A stretch of DNA of 64,000 nt. Origin: Bacteroidaceae bacterium. Its GTDB lineage: Bacteria > Bacteroidota > Bacteroidia > Bacteroidales > Bacteroidaceae. Where the stretch lies: NCBI GenBank assembly GCA_017453445.1, contig JAFTEX010000104.1:1174-65173 (forward strand), in the 5' to 3' direction. The translations under genes and the position numbers were made by a program. Each line of letters opens with the position of its first letter. Within the stretch, counting starts at the first letter, position 1. Positions 40,534-52,919 of this stretch are shown piece by piece. Under the pieces are notes generated by a model. It did not search any database, was not told where the DNA came from, and saw only the letters and a program-made list of their open reading frames with translations.

Positions 40534-42201
40534 ATGAGAAAAACAACTGCCATCATACTTTGCGCCATCGGTTTGGCACTCTCGCAGACGACCTTTGCCG
40601 CAGGCCCCAAATGGGCTAAAAAAGTTCAAAAAAGCATTGTCAGGCTATATGCCATTCAGGCTAAAGGTGACACACTTCGTGCCAACGGCTTCTACATCGA
40701 CGAGGACGGCGGCGTCATCGCTCCCTTCAAGTTCTTGCAAGAAGCCCGTTCCGCATGGGCCGTGGACGAATCCGGCATGAGTCACGAAGTGAAACGAATT
40801 GCAGGATTCAACGCCACGTACGACATCGCCAAACTGAAAGTAGCCACTGGGAAAAAGAAAAACACGTGCCTCCCCATCGCCGCCGAAGCTGCGACAAAAG
40901 GACAAACGGTCTACCTCCTCCCGAAGGCAGAAGCCGATGCCATCAAGGCTACGGAAAAGGCTGGCAACTTCAACTATTACACGTTAGGAAGCATGGCCAA
41001 TCCGGAACTGGCAGGCACTCCCTTGGTTGATGAGTTGGGGGCAGTGGTGGCCATTGTCCAGACTCCCATCGTGGCAGACAAGGCACCCAACTATGCACTC
41101 GACATCAAGTGGGCCGAACAACTGTCCATCCGCGCAATGGACATAAACAGCAGCGAGATGCGCAACTGCCGGATTCCCCTGCTACTGCCCTCCGACGAGA
41201 GCCAGGCCGTCAGTTTCCTCTACTTGGCATCGGCCTCGAACAACGAACTAAAGGCGACCTACGCCGAGGACTTCGTAGAGAAGTTCCCCGAGAGCGGTAC
41301 GGGCTACATCCAAAAGGCAGAAATGGAAGCAGAGCGGCACGACTACGAGGCCGCCTACCGAACCTACGAAGAAGGACTCGAAAAGGCCAAGACACAGAAG
41401 GACGAACTGCTCTACGCCCGTTCACGTTCCTTATACAACGCTGTAGTGCAACGTCAGGAGAACCTGCCAGAAACATGGACCATGGAACAGGCACTGAAAG
41501 ACGTGACAGCAGCCAAGGAAATCAATGCACTGCCGCTTTACACCCTGCAGGAAGCCCACACACTGTTCGCATCGAAACGCTATGAGGAGGCCTATCAGCG
41601 GTACATGGAAGTCACTCAGACGAAAATGCGCTCGGCCGAGGTCTTCCTCTATGCCTGGCAGTGCCGCCAGAACCTCAAGGCCACCAACGAAGAACTCTTA
41701 GCGCTGAACGACAGTGCGGTCGCCTGCTTCACGAAACCCTACAATGCCGAGGCTGCGCCCTATCTGCTCCTCCGCAGCAATACGCTGAGCGAAATGGGCC
41801 GACTCAGGGATGCCATCAACGACCTCAACGATTACGAGCACCTGATGCAGGGGCAACTGACCGGACAATTCTACTACAAGCGCGAACAACTGGAAAGCCG
41901 CACTCGCATGTTAGGACAAGCCGTCAACGACATCCACAAGGCCATCTCCCTGGACGGGAATGAACCTGTCTACCACGCAGAACTGGCCGTGCTGCTGTTC
42001 CGCCTCAACGACATAGACAACGCCATCACGGAATGCCAAAAGGCCATCGGGCTGGACGAGAAGTTCCCCGATGCCTATCGTCTCATGGGCATTTGTCTCC
42101 GGGAGAAGGGCGACAAGGAGGGAGCCCGGCGCAACCTGCAAAAGGCCATTGAACTCGGCGACCAACTGGCAGCCGGCATATTGGAAAAACTGGAAAATTG
42201 A
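40534..42201 (+). CDS. Secreted trypsin-fold-like domain plus TPR repeats (protease domain probably inactive)
   Basis: Signal peptide MRKTTAIILCAIGLALSQTTFA. The N-terminal ~190 aa resemble Trypsin_2/S1C proteins (SIVRLY...ANGFYIDEDGGVIAP...YDIAKLKV...GTPLVDELGAVVAIVQ). The C-terminal part has TPR repeats. Confidence 0.6.
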   Translation: MRKTTAIILCAIGLALSQTTFAAGPKWAKKVQKSIVRLYAIQAKGDTLRANGFYIDEDGGVIAPFKFLQEARSAWAVDESGMSHEVKRIAGFNATYDIAKLKVATGKKKNTCLPIAAEAATKGQTVYLLPKAEADAIKATEKAGNFNYYTLGSMANPELAGTPLVDELGAVVAIVQTPIVADKAPNYALDIKWAEQLSIRAMDINSSEMRNCRIPLLLPSDESQAVSFLYLASASNNELKATYAEDFVEKFPESGTGYIQKAEMEAERHDYEAAYRTYEEGLEKAKTQKDELLYARSRSLYNAVVQRQENLPETWTMEQALKDVTAAKEINALPLYTLQEAHTLFASKRYEEAYQRYMEVTQTKMRSAEVFLYAWQCRQNLKATNEELLALNDSAVACFTKPYNAEAAPYLLLRSNTLSEMGRLRDAINDLNDYEHLMQGQLTGQFYYKREQLESRTRMLGQAVNDIHKAISLDGNEPVYHAELAVLLFRLNDIDNAITECQKAIGLDEKFPDAYRLMGICLREKGDKEGARRNLQKAIELGDQLAAGILEKLEN

Positions 42202-43448
42202 CAATTACGGACTACAAGGGAAAGACGTTAGTCGCATTGAGTGGCGGAGCCGACTCCGTTGCTCTCTTGTGTATGCTGCACGAACAAGGTAACGACATCG
42301 AGGCTCTCCACTGCAACTTTCAGTTGCGCGGCGAGGAGTCGGAACGCGATGAACACTTTGTGACGGACTTGTGCCATCGGCTCGGCATCCCCCTTCACGT
42401 AAAGCGGTTCGACACACAATACTATGCCAGGGAGCAGGGGGTTAGTATTGAGATGGCGGCAAGGACACTAAGGTATGAATGGTTCGAAACGATGCGCCAG
42501 CAACTGGGAGCCGCGGCGATTGCCGTAGCCCATCATCGGGAGGATCAAGCCGAAACGCTGCTGTTGAATCTGGTGCGCGGCACTGGCCTGCGCGGACTGG
42601 CAGGAATGAGGCCCCGGAACGGGCACATCATCCGACCATTGCTTGACATGTCGAAAGAGGAGATTCTCGACTATCTCAAACACATCGGACAAGACTACAT
42701 GACAGACAGCACCAACCTCGAACGGGCAGCCCTGCGAAATCGTATTCGGTTGGACATCATGCCCTTGCTGCGGCAACTAAACCCGAAGGCTGTGGAACAC
42801 ATCGCAGAAACGGCGGAAAAAGTAGCCGATGCCATCCCTTATTACATGAAAGGAGTGGACCTTTCCGACGATCTGACAGCCACCACACTGCATGAGAGAC
42901 TTTCGGGATGCGGATTCAACGTAACGCAAGAGACGTGTATGCTCACAGCTATTCGCCAAAGACAATCGGGGAAGGAATTTATCAGCCCCACCCACCAAGT
43001 GCTCATTGACCGAGGAAAACTCATATTGCAAGACTGTACCAACAAACCGAGTCAGACGGTCAAACTGCATATTCAAATCAAGGAGCCAGACTATCCCTTA
43101 AAGTGGCTGAAGGCACAAAACCTTACGCCCGATTGTGCCTTCCTTGATGCCGACAAAGTCAATGCCCCCCTCGCCCTTCGCCATCCGCAAGCGGGCGATC
43201 GCTTTCAGCCCTTTGGCATGGGAGGGCGTTCACGCCTGATTAGCGACTTCCTGACCGACCATAAGCTTTCACTTCTCGAAAAACAGCACCAATGGCTCGT
43301 CACCATGGGAGAAGAAATCGTCTGGGTCTGCCGGATGCGGCCCGACCATCGTTTCCGCGTGACGGAAGCAACGCGGAGAATCATGGTCCTCTCACTCCAA
43401 GGGGTAAAGTCGCAACTCTCTCAGCCCCAAGAAGAGGAACTGGGATAA
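42198..43448 (+). CDS. tilS: tRNA(Ile)-lysidine synthase TilS
   Basis: PP-loop LVALSGGADSVALLCML and block AHHREDQAETLLLNLVRGTG. The TTG start overlaps the upstream stop, and no in-frame ATG precedes the PP-loop. Confidence 0.85.
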   Translation: MTITDYKGKTLVALSGGADSVALLCMLHEQGNDIEALHCNFQLRGEESERDEHFVTDLCHRLGIPLHVKRFDTQYYAREQGVSIEMAARTLRYEWFETMRQQLGAAAIAVAHHREDQAETLLLNLVRGTGLRGLAGMRPRNGHIIRPLLDMSKEEILDYLKHIGQDYMTDSTNLERAALRNRIRLDIMPLLRQLNPKAVEHIAETAEKVADAIPYYMKGVDLSDDLTATTLHERLSGCGFNVTQETCMLTAIRQRQSGKEFISPTHQVLIDRGKLILQDCTNKPSQTVKLHIQIKEPDYPLKWLKAQNLTPDCAFLDADKVNAPLALRHPQAGDRFQPFGMGGRSRLISDFLTDHKLSLLEKQHQWLVTMGEEIVWVCRMRPDHRFRVTEATRRIMVLSLQGVKSQLSQPQEEELG

Positions 43449-43474
43449 TACAACTTCAACAGGGATTAAAAGAA

Positions 43475-44824
43475 ATGGAAAACGACGAAAGGCTGCATAG
43501 GCTCCCTCCTGAAGCAGTTCACATAGCACCGCCTCGACAATTTACATTCCCTTTCTGTTATGAGCCTCACCCATTGTGCGGATTGGCGGCAGAGGAAGTG
43601 AAAAAAGAGGTTGCCCTGCACGCTGACTGGCAAGAAGAAATCAAGAGCGGGAAAATGTTGGGCGTACTCATCGTGGGCCCATCTTGTGACCAACTTCCAG
43701 AAGATAAGGCGATTGGGTTCCTTGCCGCCTTCTCAGGCACATTGTGCAGAAAGGGTACACTTCCCTACTTTGTCCCTCCCGTCTTCGACCTGCACGGGAC
43801 ATACTTCGAAACAGAGGAGGCGAGAATCTCGTCTCTGCCCCTGGGCGAAGAGCGAAAACAGAGCAGCCAGGCTCTCCAACAATGGCTCTTCGACCAGTTC
43901 AGGTTTCTCAATGCAGAAGGTAACGTAGCCTCGATGTGTGACATCTTTGGCGACAAGTATCCCCCCTCTGGCACGGGAGAGTGTTGCGCCCCTAAACTAT
44001 TGCAGTATGCTTATCTTCACGGGTTGCATCCTCTCTGTATGGGAGAATTCTGGATGGGTAAAACGCCCAAGGGAGAAATCAGGGAAGAAGGGCACTTCTA
44101 CCCTTCCTGCCAGCACAAATGTAAGCCACTGCTTGGTTGGATGCTTCGAGGACTGAATGTAGAAGAGAATCCCATGCAACGAGACTACGCCCGCCTCGTA
44201 GCCCAATTCCACGTAGTCTATGAGGACAGCAACATTGCTGTCGTCTTCAAGCCCTCGGGGCTTCTGTCCGTGCCAGGCAAAGATTTCCTGCCTTCGGTTC
44301 AAGACCTTGCCCAACAGTATTGGCCACAAGCCGAAGGCCCACTCATCGTCCACCGATTGGATATGGACACTTCCGGTCTGATGGTCGTTGCACTTACGAA
44401 TCGGGCTTACCACCACTTACAAGACCAATTCGTTCGTCACTTCATCAAAAAGAGATATACCGCTTATCTTGAGAAATTTATGAGAATTGGAGAAAGGGGA
44501 AAGATTGACCTCCCGCTATGTCCCAATCCCAATGATCGTCCTCGGCAAATCGTAAACTCAGAATATGGAAGAAGAGCCATCACTCGTTACGAGGTGGTAG
44601 GAAATAAGGGAACACATGCGATTGTCCACTTATGGCCAGAAACCGGACGTACCCATCAACTGCGCGTACACATGGCACACAGCCAAGGTCTGGCTAACCC
44701 CATTCTCGGAGACCGACTATATGGTCACCCTAACGGAGGACGGCTGATGCTGTTTGCGGACAGGTTAGAATTTGAGCACCCAACGACAGGCGCCCCAATG
44801 ACATTCTCAACAGAGGAAGAGTGA
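43475..44824 (+). CDS. RluA-family pseudouridine synthase with N-terminal extension
   Basis: Blocks VVFKPSGLLSVPG, HRLDMDTSGLMVVA, KRYTAYL and THQLRVHMA. The start is set at MENDERL; the longer ORF overlaps tilS. Confidence 0.85.
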   Translation: MENDERLHRLPPEAVHIAPPRQFTFPFCYEPHPLCGLAAEEVKKEVALHADWQEEIKSGKMLGVLIVGPSCDQLPEDKAIGFLAAFSGTLCRKGTLPYFVPPVFDLHGTYFETEEARISSLPLGEERKQSSQALQQWLFDQFRFLNAEGNVASMCDIFGDKYPPSGTGECCAPKLLQYAYLHGLHPLCMGEFWMGKTPKGEIREEGHFYPSCQHKCKPLLGWMLRGLNVEENPMQRDYARLVAQFHVVYEDSNIAVVFKPSGLLSVPGKDFLPSVQDLAQQYWPQAEGPLIVHRLDMDTSGLMVVALTNRAYHHLQDQFVRHFIKKRYTAYLEKFMRIGERGKIDLPLCPNPNDRPRQIVNSEYGRRAITRYEVVGNKGTHAIVHLWPETGRTHQLRVHMAHSQGLANPILGDRLYGHPNGGRLMLFADRLEFEHPTTGAPMTFSTEEE

Positions 44825-45754
44825 GGTACGAAGGGTTTCCAACAAAGCAGAAATTCGTCTGCCAGTAGATTCACTGACTGGGACAAGAGGTAGACGAAGC
44901 TGGTTTTCGGCGCGCCCCATGCTGTGAAGAGCCGCCTTCACACCTGCGGGATTGCCCTCGAAGAACATCAGACCATAGAGTTCGTAGAACTGGTCATTGA
45001 GAATCTGTGCTTCGGCCAAACGCCCTTCAAACATCAGATGCACCATGCGGCTGAACTCGCGAGGAATGACGTTGCCCACCACACTGATGACACCCACGCC
45101 GCCTGCTGCAAGCACCTTGATTGCCAGACTGTCATCCCCGGAAATCACATCGAACGACTCAGGTTTACGGTCCAAGATTTCCTTTATCTGCGAAAGGTTG
45201 CCGCTGGCTTCCTTAATGGCAATGATGTTTGGGAAATCATGAGCCAAGCGCAAGGTAGTGGAGGAAGTCAGATTCACCCCCGTCCGACCAGGCACGTTAT
45301 AAAGGACCACAGGAAGGGGACTGACCTGCGCAATGGCTTTGTAATGCTGATAGAGTCCTTCCTGCGTAGGTTTGTTATACATGGGGCAGACGGACAGCAG
45401 CCCATCAATGCCTTGCCAATCAGTAGTGCGAATCTCCTCAACAAGCGCCGCGGTGCAATTGCCTCCGCACCCCATCAACAGGGGCACACGGCCATGGACA
45501 TGCTCCACGATGGCGTGCTTAATCTTTATCTTCTCCTCTCGACTGAGGCAAGGTGTTTCTGCCGTCGTTCCGAGAATACATAAGAAATCCACGCCCGACT
45601 CCAACTGGAAGTCTACCAGCGAAAGCAATGCATCGTAATCAACACTTCCGTCAGATTTGAATGGCGTTATCAGAGCGATGCCAACCCCTCGGAAGAGCCC
45701 CTTTTCCTGCTTCGCATTTTTCCTATTAATTTCCACGTTATTTATTTCTCTCAT
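44807..45754 (-). CDS. dapA: 4-hydroxy-tetrahydrodipicolinate synthase
   Basis: Blocks GVGIALITPFKSDGSVDYDALLSLVDFQLESGVDFLCILGTTAE and YNVPGRTGVNL...IKEASG. Confidence 0.9.
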   Translation of the reverse strand: MREINNVEINRKNAKQEKGLFRGVGIALITPFKSDGSVDYDALLSLVDFQLESGVDFLCILGTTAETPCLSREEKIKIKHAIVEHVHGRVPLLMGCGGNCTAALVEEIRTTDWQGIDGLLSVCPMYNKPTQEGLYQHYKAIAQVSPLPVVLYNVPGRTGVNLTSSTTLRLAHDFPNIIAIKEASGNLSQIKEILDRKPESFDVISGDDSLAIKVLAAGGVGVISVVGNVIPREFSRMVHLMFEGRLAEAQILNDQFYELYGLMFFEGNPAGVKAALHSMGRAENQLRLPLVPVSESTGRRISALLETLRTSLFLC

Positions 45755-45756
45755 CG

Positions 45757-48482
<2,726 letters not shown>

Positions 48483-48491
48483 TCCTTCCTT

Positions 48492-48881
48492 TCATTCTTT
48501 CACGCGGCGGCGATTCAGTTTCTGCGGGATACGGAAAGCCGTATAGAACTCTATTACTGCACCGACCAACAGACATACGACCCACTCATTGTATCTCACC
48601 ACATTATGTCCCATCATCTGATACACCATCGCTATGGCTGAGAGAACAAACAAAAATGCCCCAAAGAGTTGCTGGCGGCGCAGCCGGAGCATCGTAAGTT
48701 CCGTTCCTTCGTATGTGGTCTGCAGTTGCATCCACACGAACATCAGCACACCCAGCACATAAGTCACGGCTGAAAACCAGTTTCCGAACAAGAATGTAGC
48801 AGCCCCCACCACCATCAGCATTGCCCCTATGCGGAACACCCAGTTCTGGACCTTAGAGAGCGTTCTCATCGGCTGAGACAT
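48492..48881 (-). CDS. Small integral membrane protein (hypothetical)
   Basis: It has four hydrophobic segments (e.g. IGAMLMVVGAATFLFG, VTYVLGVLMFVWM). The start is uncertain (MSQPM at 48881 or MRTL at 48869), and it overlaps the upstream gene end. Confidence 0.45.
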   Translation of the reverse strand: MSQPMRTLSKVQNWVFRIGAMLMVVGAATFLFGNWFSAVTYVLGVLMFVWMQLQTTYEGTELTMLRLRRQQLFGAFLFVLSAIAMVYQMMGHNVVRYNEWVVCLLVGAVIEFYTAFRIPQKLNRRRVKE

Positions 48882-49206
48882 TTTCTTCTGGTTCAGTTTC
48901 CTCCTCCACCGCATCCATAATGACATAGACATCTTCATCAGGGTATTTCATCAGGTAATCTTCACGAGCCACACGCAACACCGCCTCCGGATTGCTCTCA
49001 AGTTCCTTCAGTGCTTTTGTATCACGCTCGTAACGAGCCTGATAGGTTTGCATTTCGGCCTTCAGTGCTGCAATCTCCTGCAGGCGCAAATGGCGGTCGT
49101 AGAAGCTGTTCTCATCCACAAAGCCCACAATCACGGCAAAGAAAGCAATCACCACAAAATACTTGTGCCGACGAATGAAGCCCCATACAGAATATATCCT
49201 ACTCAT
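48853..49206 (-). CDS. Septum formation initiator (FtsB/DivIC-like) family protein
   Basis: 117 aa with an N-terminal TM segment (YFVVIAFFAVIVGF) followed by a coiled coil (LRLQEIAALKAEMQTYQARYERDTKALKELESNPEA...AREDYLM). Confidence 0.65.
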   Translation of the reverse strand: MSRIYSVWGFIRRHKYFVVIAFFAVIVGFVDENSFYDRHLRLQEIAALKAEMQTYQARYERDTKALKELESNPEAVLRVAREDYLMKYPDEDVYVIMDAVEEETEPEENVSADENAL

Positions 49207-49238
49207 GTTCTTTTCCTAATCGTTACACATTCCGACGA

Positions 49239-49246
49239 CAAAGATA
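49239..49246 (-). promoter_or_regulatory. Candidate -7 box (tatctttg) for the ftsB-like operon
   Basis: TAnnTTTG on the minus strand, 33 nt upstream of the ATG at 49206. Confidence 0.5.
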
Positions 49247-49381
49247 GCTCAAATTATCCAAACTTTCAAGGGCAAGCCCGGATTTTAACATCTATATACA
49301 TTTTTTCTTTCCTTTCCACTCACCTTGCTCTGCTGTGAGAGTTTTTTTTCGTAGAATTACGATAATCTGATATTTTTTCAC

Positions 49382-49389
49382 TATCTTTG
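49382..49389 (+). promoter_or_regulatory. Candidate -7 box (tatctttg) for ftsK
   Basis: TAnnTTTG 54 nt upstream of the ATG at 49443. Confidence 0.5.
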
Positions 49390-49442
49390 TGCGCTATTTT
49401 AAGGTTAAAAGATTTATCAGTTCTAAACTATCATCCAACAAT

Positions 49443-51968
49443 ATGGGCAACGACAAGAAAACAAAAAATACGAAATCCGTCAAACCTGCCAACAGTGGGA
49501 AAAAGTCTGACATAAAGAACAAAAAAACACTGAACGAACAGGAACTTCCCGTCAGCAAATCAGAAATGTTCCGATGGGCGAGCGGCGGACTGCTCTTGCT
49601 GGTAGCTGTCATCCTGCTCATATCCTTTGTATCCAACTTATTCACAGGTGCGGAAGACCAGAGTTGGGAAAGTTTTAGCGACCCGGCAGAGAATTGGATG
49701 GGCGGACTTGGAGTCTGGCTCGTAAAGCATGTGATGGACTACACTTTCGGGCTTGCCACCTTCTTCCTCCCCATCCTGATGACAGCCATTGCCTTCAAGA
49801 TTCTTGGCATCGGGCGTGTCCGCCTTTGGAAGTGGCTTATCAATTGCATCCTGCTCATGGTCTGGTTCTCAGTGGCTGGGGCATGGCTTCAATCCCACAT
49901 TTTTCAGGATATCCATCTGCGTCTGGGAGGAATGCACGGGCAAATCGCACTCGACTATCTGAAGGCTCATATCGGGCCTGCCGGCACCCTCATTACCATT
50001 ATTATTACTGCGATAGCATACGTGGGTTACCTGAGCGGCGAAACAGTCCATACCATACAGCGCATGTTGGACGCTGCGCGCCGTAAGGCTGAGCATGGGG
50101 AAGCCGAAGAGGAGGAGGAAGAAACCGAAAACGGGGACACCACCAACACCGACTCTCCCAACACTGACGAAGAAGGGAACAGCCCCGTCATTGATCTCAG
50201 CGATGTTTCGCCAAAGGTGGAGAAGAAGAGCGAGGACATTGCCACGACCATCACCTTTGGCCATCAGGACGAGCATACGACCGAGGAAACTGCTCCCGTG
50301 GACGATACGCCCTTTGAGGTAAACGTAGGCGGACAGCCCGTTGACGAAGCGCCACACGAAGGAGGCAGCGGCGAAGGCGAGGGAAATATGAAGATCCACA
50401 TCGGCGAAGGCGAGGCCGAAGCCGAACTGGACGAAACGATGACACTGGAGCCATTCGACCCGAAGCTGGACCTCTCGATGTACAAGTACCCAACCATCGA
50501 CCTGCTCAAGCACTACGACATCGACCGCCAGAGCGTCGACATGGAGGAGCAGAAGAAGAATAAGGAACAAATTGTACAGGCCCTACGCAACTTCGGCGTG
50601 GAGATTAGCAGCATCAAGGCCACCGTCGGCCCCACCATCACGCTCTACGAAATCACGCCGGCCCCGGGTGTACGCATCTCCAAGATACGCAATCTGGAAG
50701 ACGACATCGCGCTGTCCCTTTCGGCCTTGGGCATCCGCATCATCGCCCCCATTCCCGGTAAGGGTACGGTGGGTATCGAGGTTCCCAACGCCAAGCCTCA
50801 GATGGTGTCGATGGAGAGTATTATCAACAGCCGCAAATTCCAGACCACGGAGTTCGAACTGCCCATGGCCTTGGGAAAAACGATTACGAACGAGATATTC
50901 ATGGTCGACCTGGCCAAGATGCCTCACTTGCTCGTGGCCGGTGCCACGGGTCAGGGTAAGTCGGTCGGTCTGAACGCCATCATCACCAGCCTCCTCTACA
51001 AGAAGCACCCCGCTGAGTTGAAACTCGTCATGGTGGACCCGAAAAAGGTGGAATTCTCTGTCTACAACCCCATCGTCAACCACTTCCTGGCTCAGGTCGA
51101 GGGCAATGAGGAGACCGACGAACCCATCATCACGGACGTGAACAAGGTGGTGCAGACGCTGAAGAGCCTCTGCGTGGAGATGGACACCCGTTACGACCTG
51201 CTGAAGAAGGCTCGTGCGCGTAATATTAAGGAATATAACGAAAAGTACAAGGAACGTCGTCTGAATCCGAACAACGGGCATAAGTACATGCCCTACATCG
51301 TGGTCATCATCGACGAGTTCGGCGACCTCATCATGACTGCCGGCAAGGAGATTGAACTCCCCATCGCCCGTATCGCCCAGTTGGCACGTGCCGTCGGCAT
51401 CCACATGATTATCGCCACTCAGCGCCCCACGACGAATATCATCACGGGTACTATCAAGGCCAACTTCCCTGCCCGCATGGCCTTCAAGGTGAGTGCCATG
51501 ATTGACTCACGCACCATCCTTGACCGCCCCGGTGCCAATCAGTTGGTGGGCAAGGGCGACATGCTTTTCCTCGCTGGCAACGAACCCGTTCGTGTGCAGT
51601 GTGCCTTTGTCGACACGCCCGAGGTGGAAGCCATTGCCAACTACATCGCTTGCCAGCAGAGTTACAACCATCCGTTCCCCCTGCCGCCCGTGGCCATGGA
51701 GGGCGACGAAGGAGGTGGTGCTGCCGACGTGGACATGAACCACCTCGACCCCATGCTGGAAGAAGTGGCCCGGTTAGTCGTCAATACACAACAGGGCAGC
51801 ACAAGCATGATTCAGCGCAAGTTCTCCATCGGCTACAACCGTGCCGGCCGACTGATGGACCAACTGGAGAAGATTGGCGTCGTTGGCCCCGCCCAGGGCA
51901 GCAAGCCCCGCGAGGTGCTCATCATGGGCGACGTAGAACTGATGCAGCTGCTTGACAACCTTCACTAA
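49443..51968 (+). CDS. ftsK: DNA translocase FtsK
   Basis: N-terminal TM segments, an acidic linker, Walker A (VAGATGQGKSVGLN), Walker B (IVVIIDEFGDL), and a C-terminal gamma-domain-like block (STSMIQRKFSIGYNRAGRLMDQLE). The start is set at MGNDKK. Confidence 0.9.
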   Translation: MGNDKKTKNTKSVKPANSGKKSDIKNKKTLNEQELPVSKSEMFRWASGGLLLLVAVILLISFVSNLFTGAEDQSWESFSDPAENWMGGLGVWLVKHVMDYTFGLATFFLPILMTAIAFKILGIGRVRLWKWLINCILLMVWFSVAGAWLQSHIFQDIHLRLGGMHGQIALDYLKAHIGPAGTLITIIITAIAYVGYLSGETVHTIQRMLDAARRKAEHGEAEEEEEETENGDTTNTDSPNTDEEGNSPVIDLSDVSPKVEKKSEDIATTITFGHQDEHTTEETAPVDDTPFEVNVGGQPVDEAPHEGGSGEGEGNMKIHIGEGEAEAELDETMTLEPFDPKLDLSMYKYPTIDLLKHYDIDRQSVDMEEQKKNKEQIVQALRNFGVEISSIKATVGPTITLYEITPAPGVRISKIRNLEDDIALSLSALGIRIIAPIPGKGTVGIEVPNAKPQMVSMESIINSRKFQTTEFELPMALGKTITNEIFMVDLAKMPHLLVAGATGQGKSVGLNAIITSLLYKKHPAELKLVMVDPKKVEFSVYNPIVNHFLAQVEGNEETDEPIITDVNKVVQTLKSLCVEMDTRYDLLKKARARNIKEYNEKYKERRLNPNNGHKYMPYIVVIIDEFGDLIMTAGKEIELPIARIAQLARAVGIHMIIATQRPTTNIITGTIKANFPARMAFKVSAMIDSRTILDRPGANQLVGKGDMLFLAGNEPVRVQCAFVDTPEVEAIANYIACQQSYNHPFPLPPVAMEGDEGGGAADVDMNHLDPMLEEVARLVVNTQQGSTSMIQRKFSIGYNRAGRLMDQLEKIGVVGPAQGSKPREVLIMGDVELMQLLDNLH

Positions 51969-52016
51969 ACGTGCTGTCTGCAAGACATCTGCCGACAAGC
52001 CCGCCCCCTACCCTTA

Positions 52017-52100
52017 ATAAGAAAGTATTCATAGACGCATAAGAATACTTTCTTATCGCCATAAGAAAGCTTTCTTCAGCCCATAAGAAAGCTTTCTTAT
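52017..52100. terminator. Three consecutive ataagaaag-type hairpins followed by a T tract, downstream of ftsK
   Basis: ataagaaagtattc (52017-52030) pairs with gaatactttcttat (52043-52056). Next come the linker cgcc, the imperfect palindrome ataagaaagctttcttc (52061-52077), agccc, the perfect palindrome ataagaaagctttcttat (52083-52100), and tttt. Confidence 0.7.
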
Positions 52101-52173
52101 TTTTGGTACGCCTCTCGCTGTCCATTTTAACATATAATAACCATGAATGCTCACGAATTACAAAAATATTTCG

Positions 52174-52181
52174 TACCTTTG
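52174..52181 (+). promoter_or_regulatory. Candidate -7 box (tacctttg) for lolA-trxB
   Basis: TAnnTTTG 33 nt upstream of the ATG at 52214. Confidence 0.5.
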
Positions 52182-52213
52182 TCCTCGAATAAAATGCACA
52201 ATATAAATAAGGT

Positions 52214-52876
52214 ATGAAACGAATCTTCACCCTGCTGTTTATTCTATTATTCACTCAATGTCTTGAAATCTCATTTTCCCAGGCCCATGCCGCCGGCAAG
52301 GACAAGGAAACGCGCCGAGTGCTCGATGCCACTGCCAGCCACATACAGAAGGCCGGCGGGTTGTCCATACGCTTCACGGCCACGACACTCACCGGAAAGA
52401 CGGTGCAAGGTTCAACATCAGGGACGATGGACATCATGGGCAAGAAGTTCCAGATGGTGACACCGGAAGTGCGGACTTGGTTCGACGGGCAGAAGCAGTG
52501 GACCCTGCAAGAGGGTGACGAAGAGGTGTCGCTAACCGAACCCACAGGCACCGAACTGCAGGCCATCAATCCGTATGCCTTCCTTGACATCTACAAGCGC
52601 GGCTTCAACTACAAAATGAAGCAGGGGACACTCTCGAACGGGAGCAAGGGTTACAAAATATTCCTCACGGCAGACAACGCCAGACTGGAAATCCGCGAGA
52701 TGTACCTCGAAGTGGACCAACAATACAATCCCGTCCGCGTATCCATGCGCCAGGGCAAGAACCAATGGGTGCGCATCGTTGTCAATAGCTTCAAGACCGG
52801 ACAGAATTTCCCCGACACGCACTTCACCTTCCCTCGGGCGCAATACCCAGATATGGAGATTATCGACCTGAGATAA
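52214..52876 (+). CDS. LolA-like outer-membrane lipoprotein carrier protein
   Basis: 220 aa with a signal peptide. Blocks GGLSIRFTAT...GTMDIMGKKFQM...TWFDGQKQWT are present, and the position between ftsK and trxB is conserved. Confidence 0.65.
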   Translation: MKRIFTLLFILLFTQCLEISFSQAHAAGKDKETRRVLDATASHIQKAGGLSIRFTATTLTGKTVQGSTSGTMDIMGKKFQMVTPEVRTWFDGQKQWTLQEGDEEVSLTEPTGTELQAINPYAFLDIYKRGFNYKMKQGTLSNGSKGYKIFLTADNARLEIREMYLEVDQQYNPVRVSMRQGKNQWVRIVVNSFKTGQNFPDTHFTFPRAQYPDMEIIDLR

Positions 52877-52919
52877 TCTTGGAGTAACGAAATTACGAAA
52901 TAACACCAAACGACAATAT

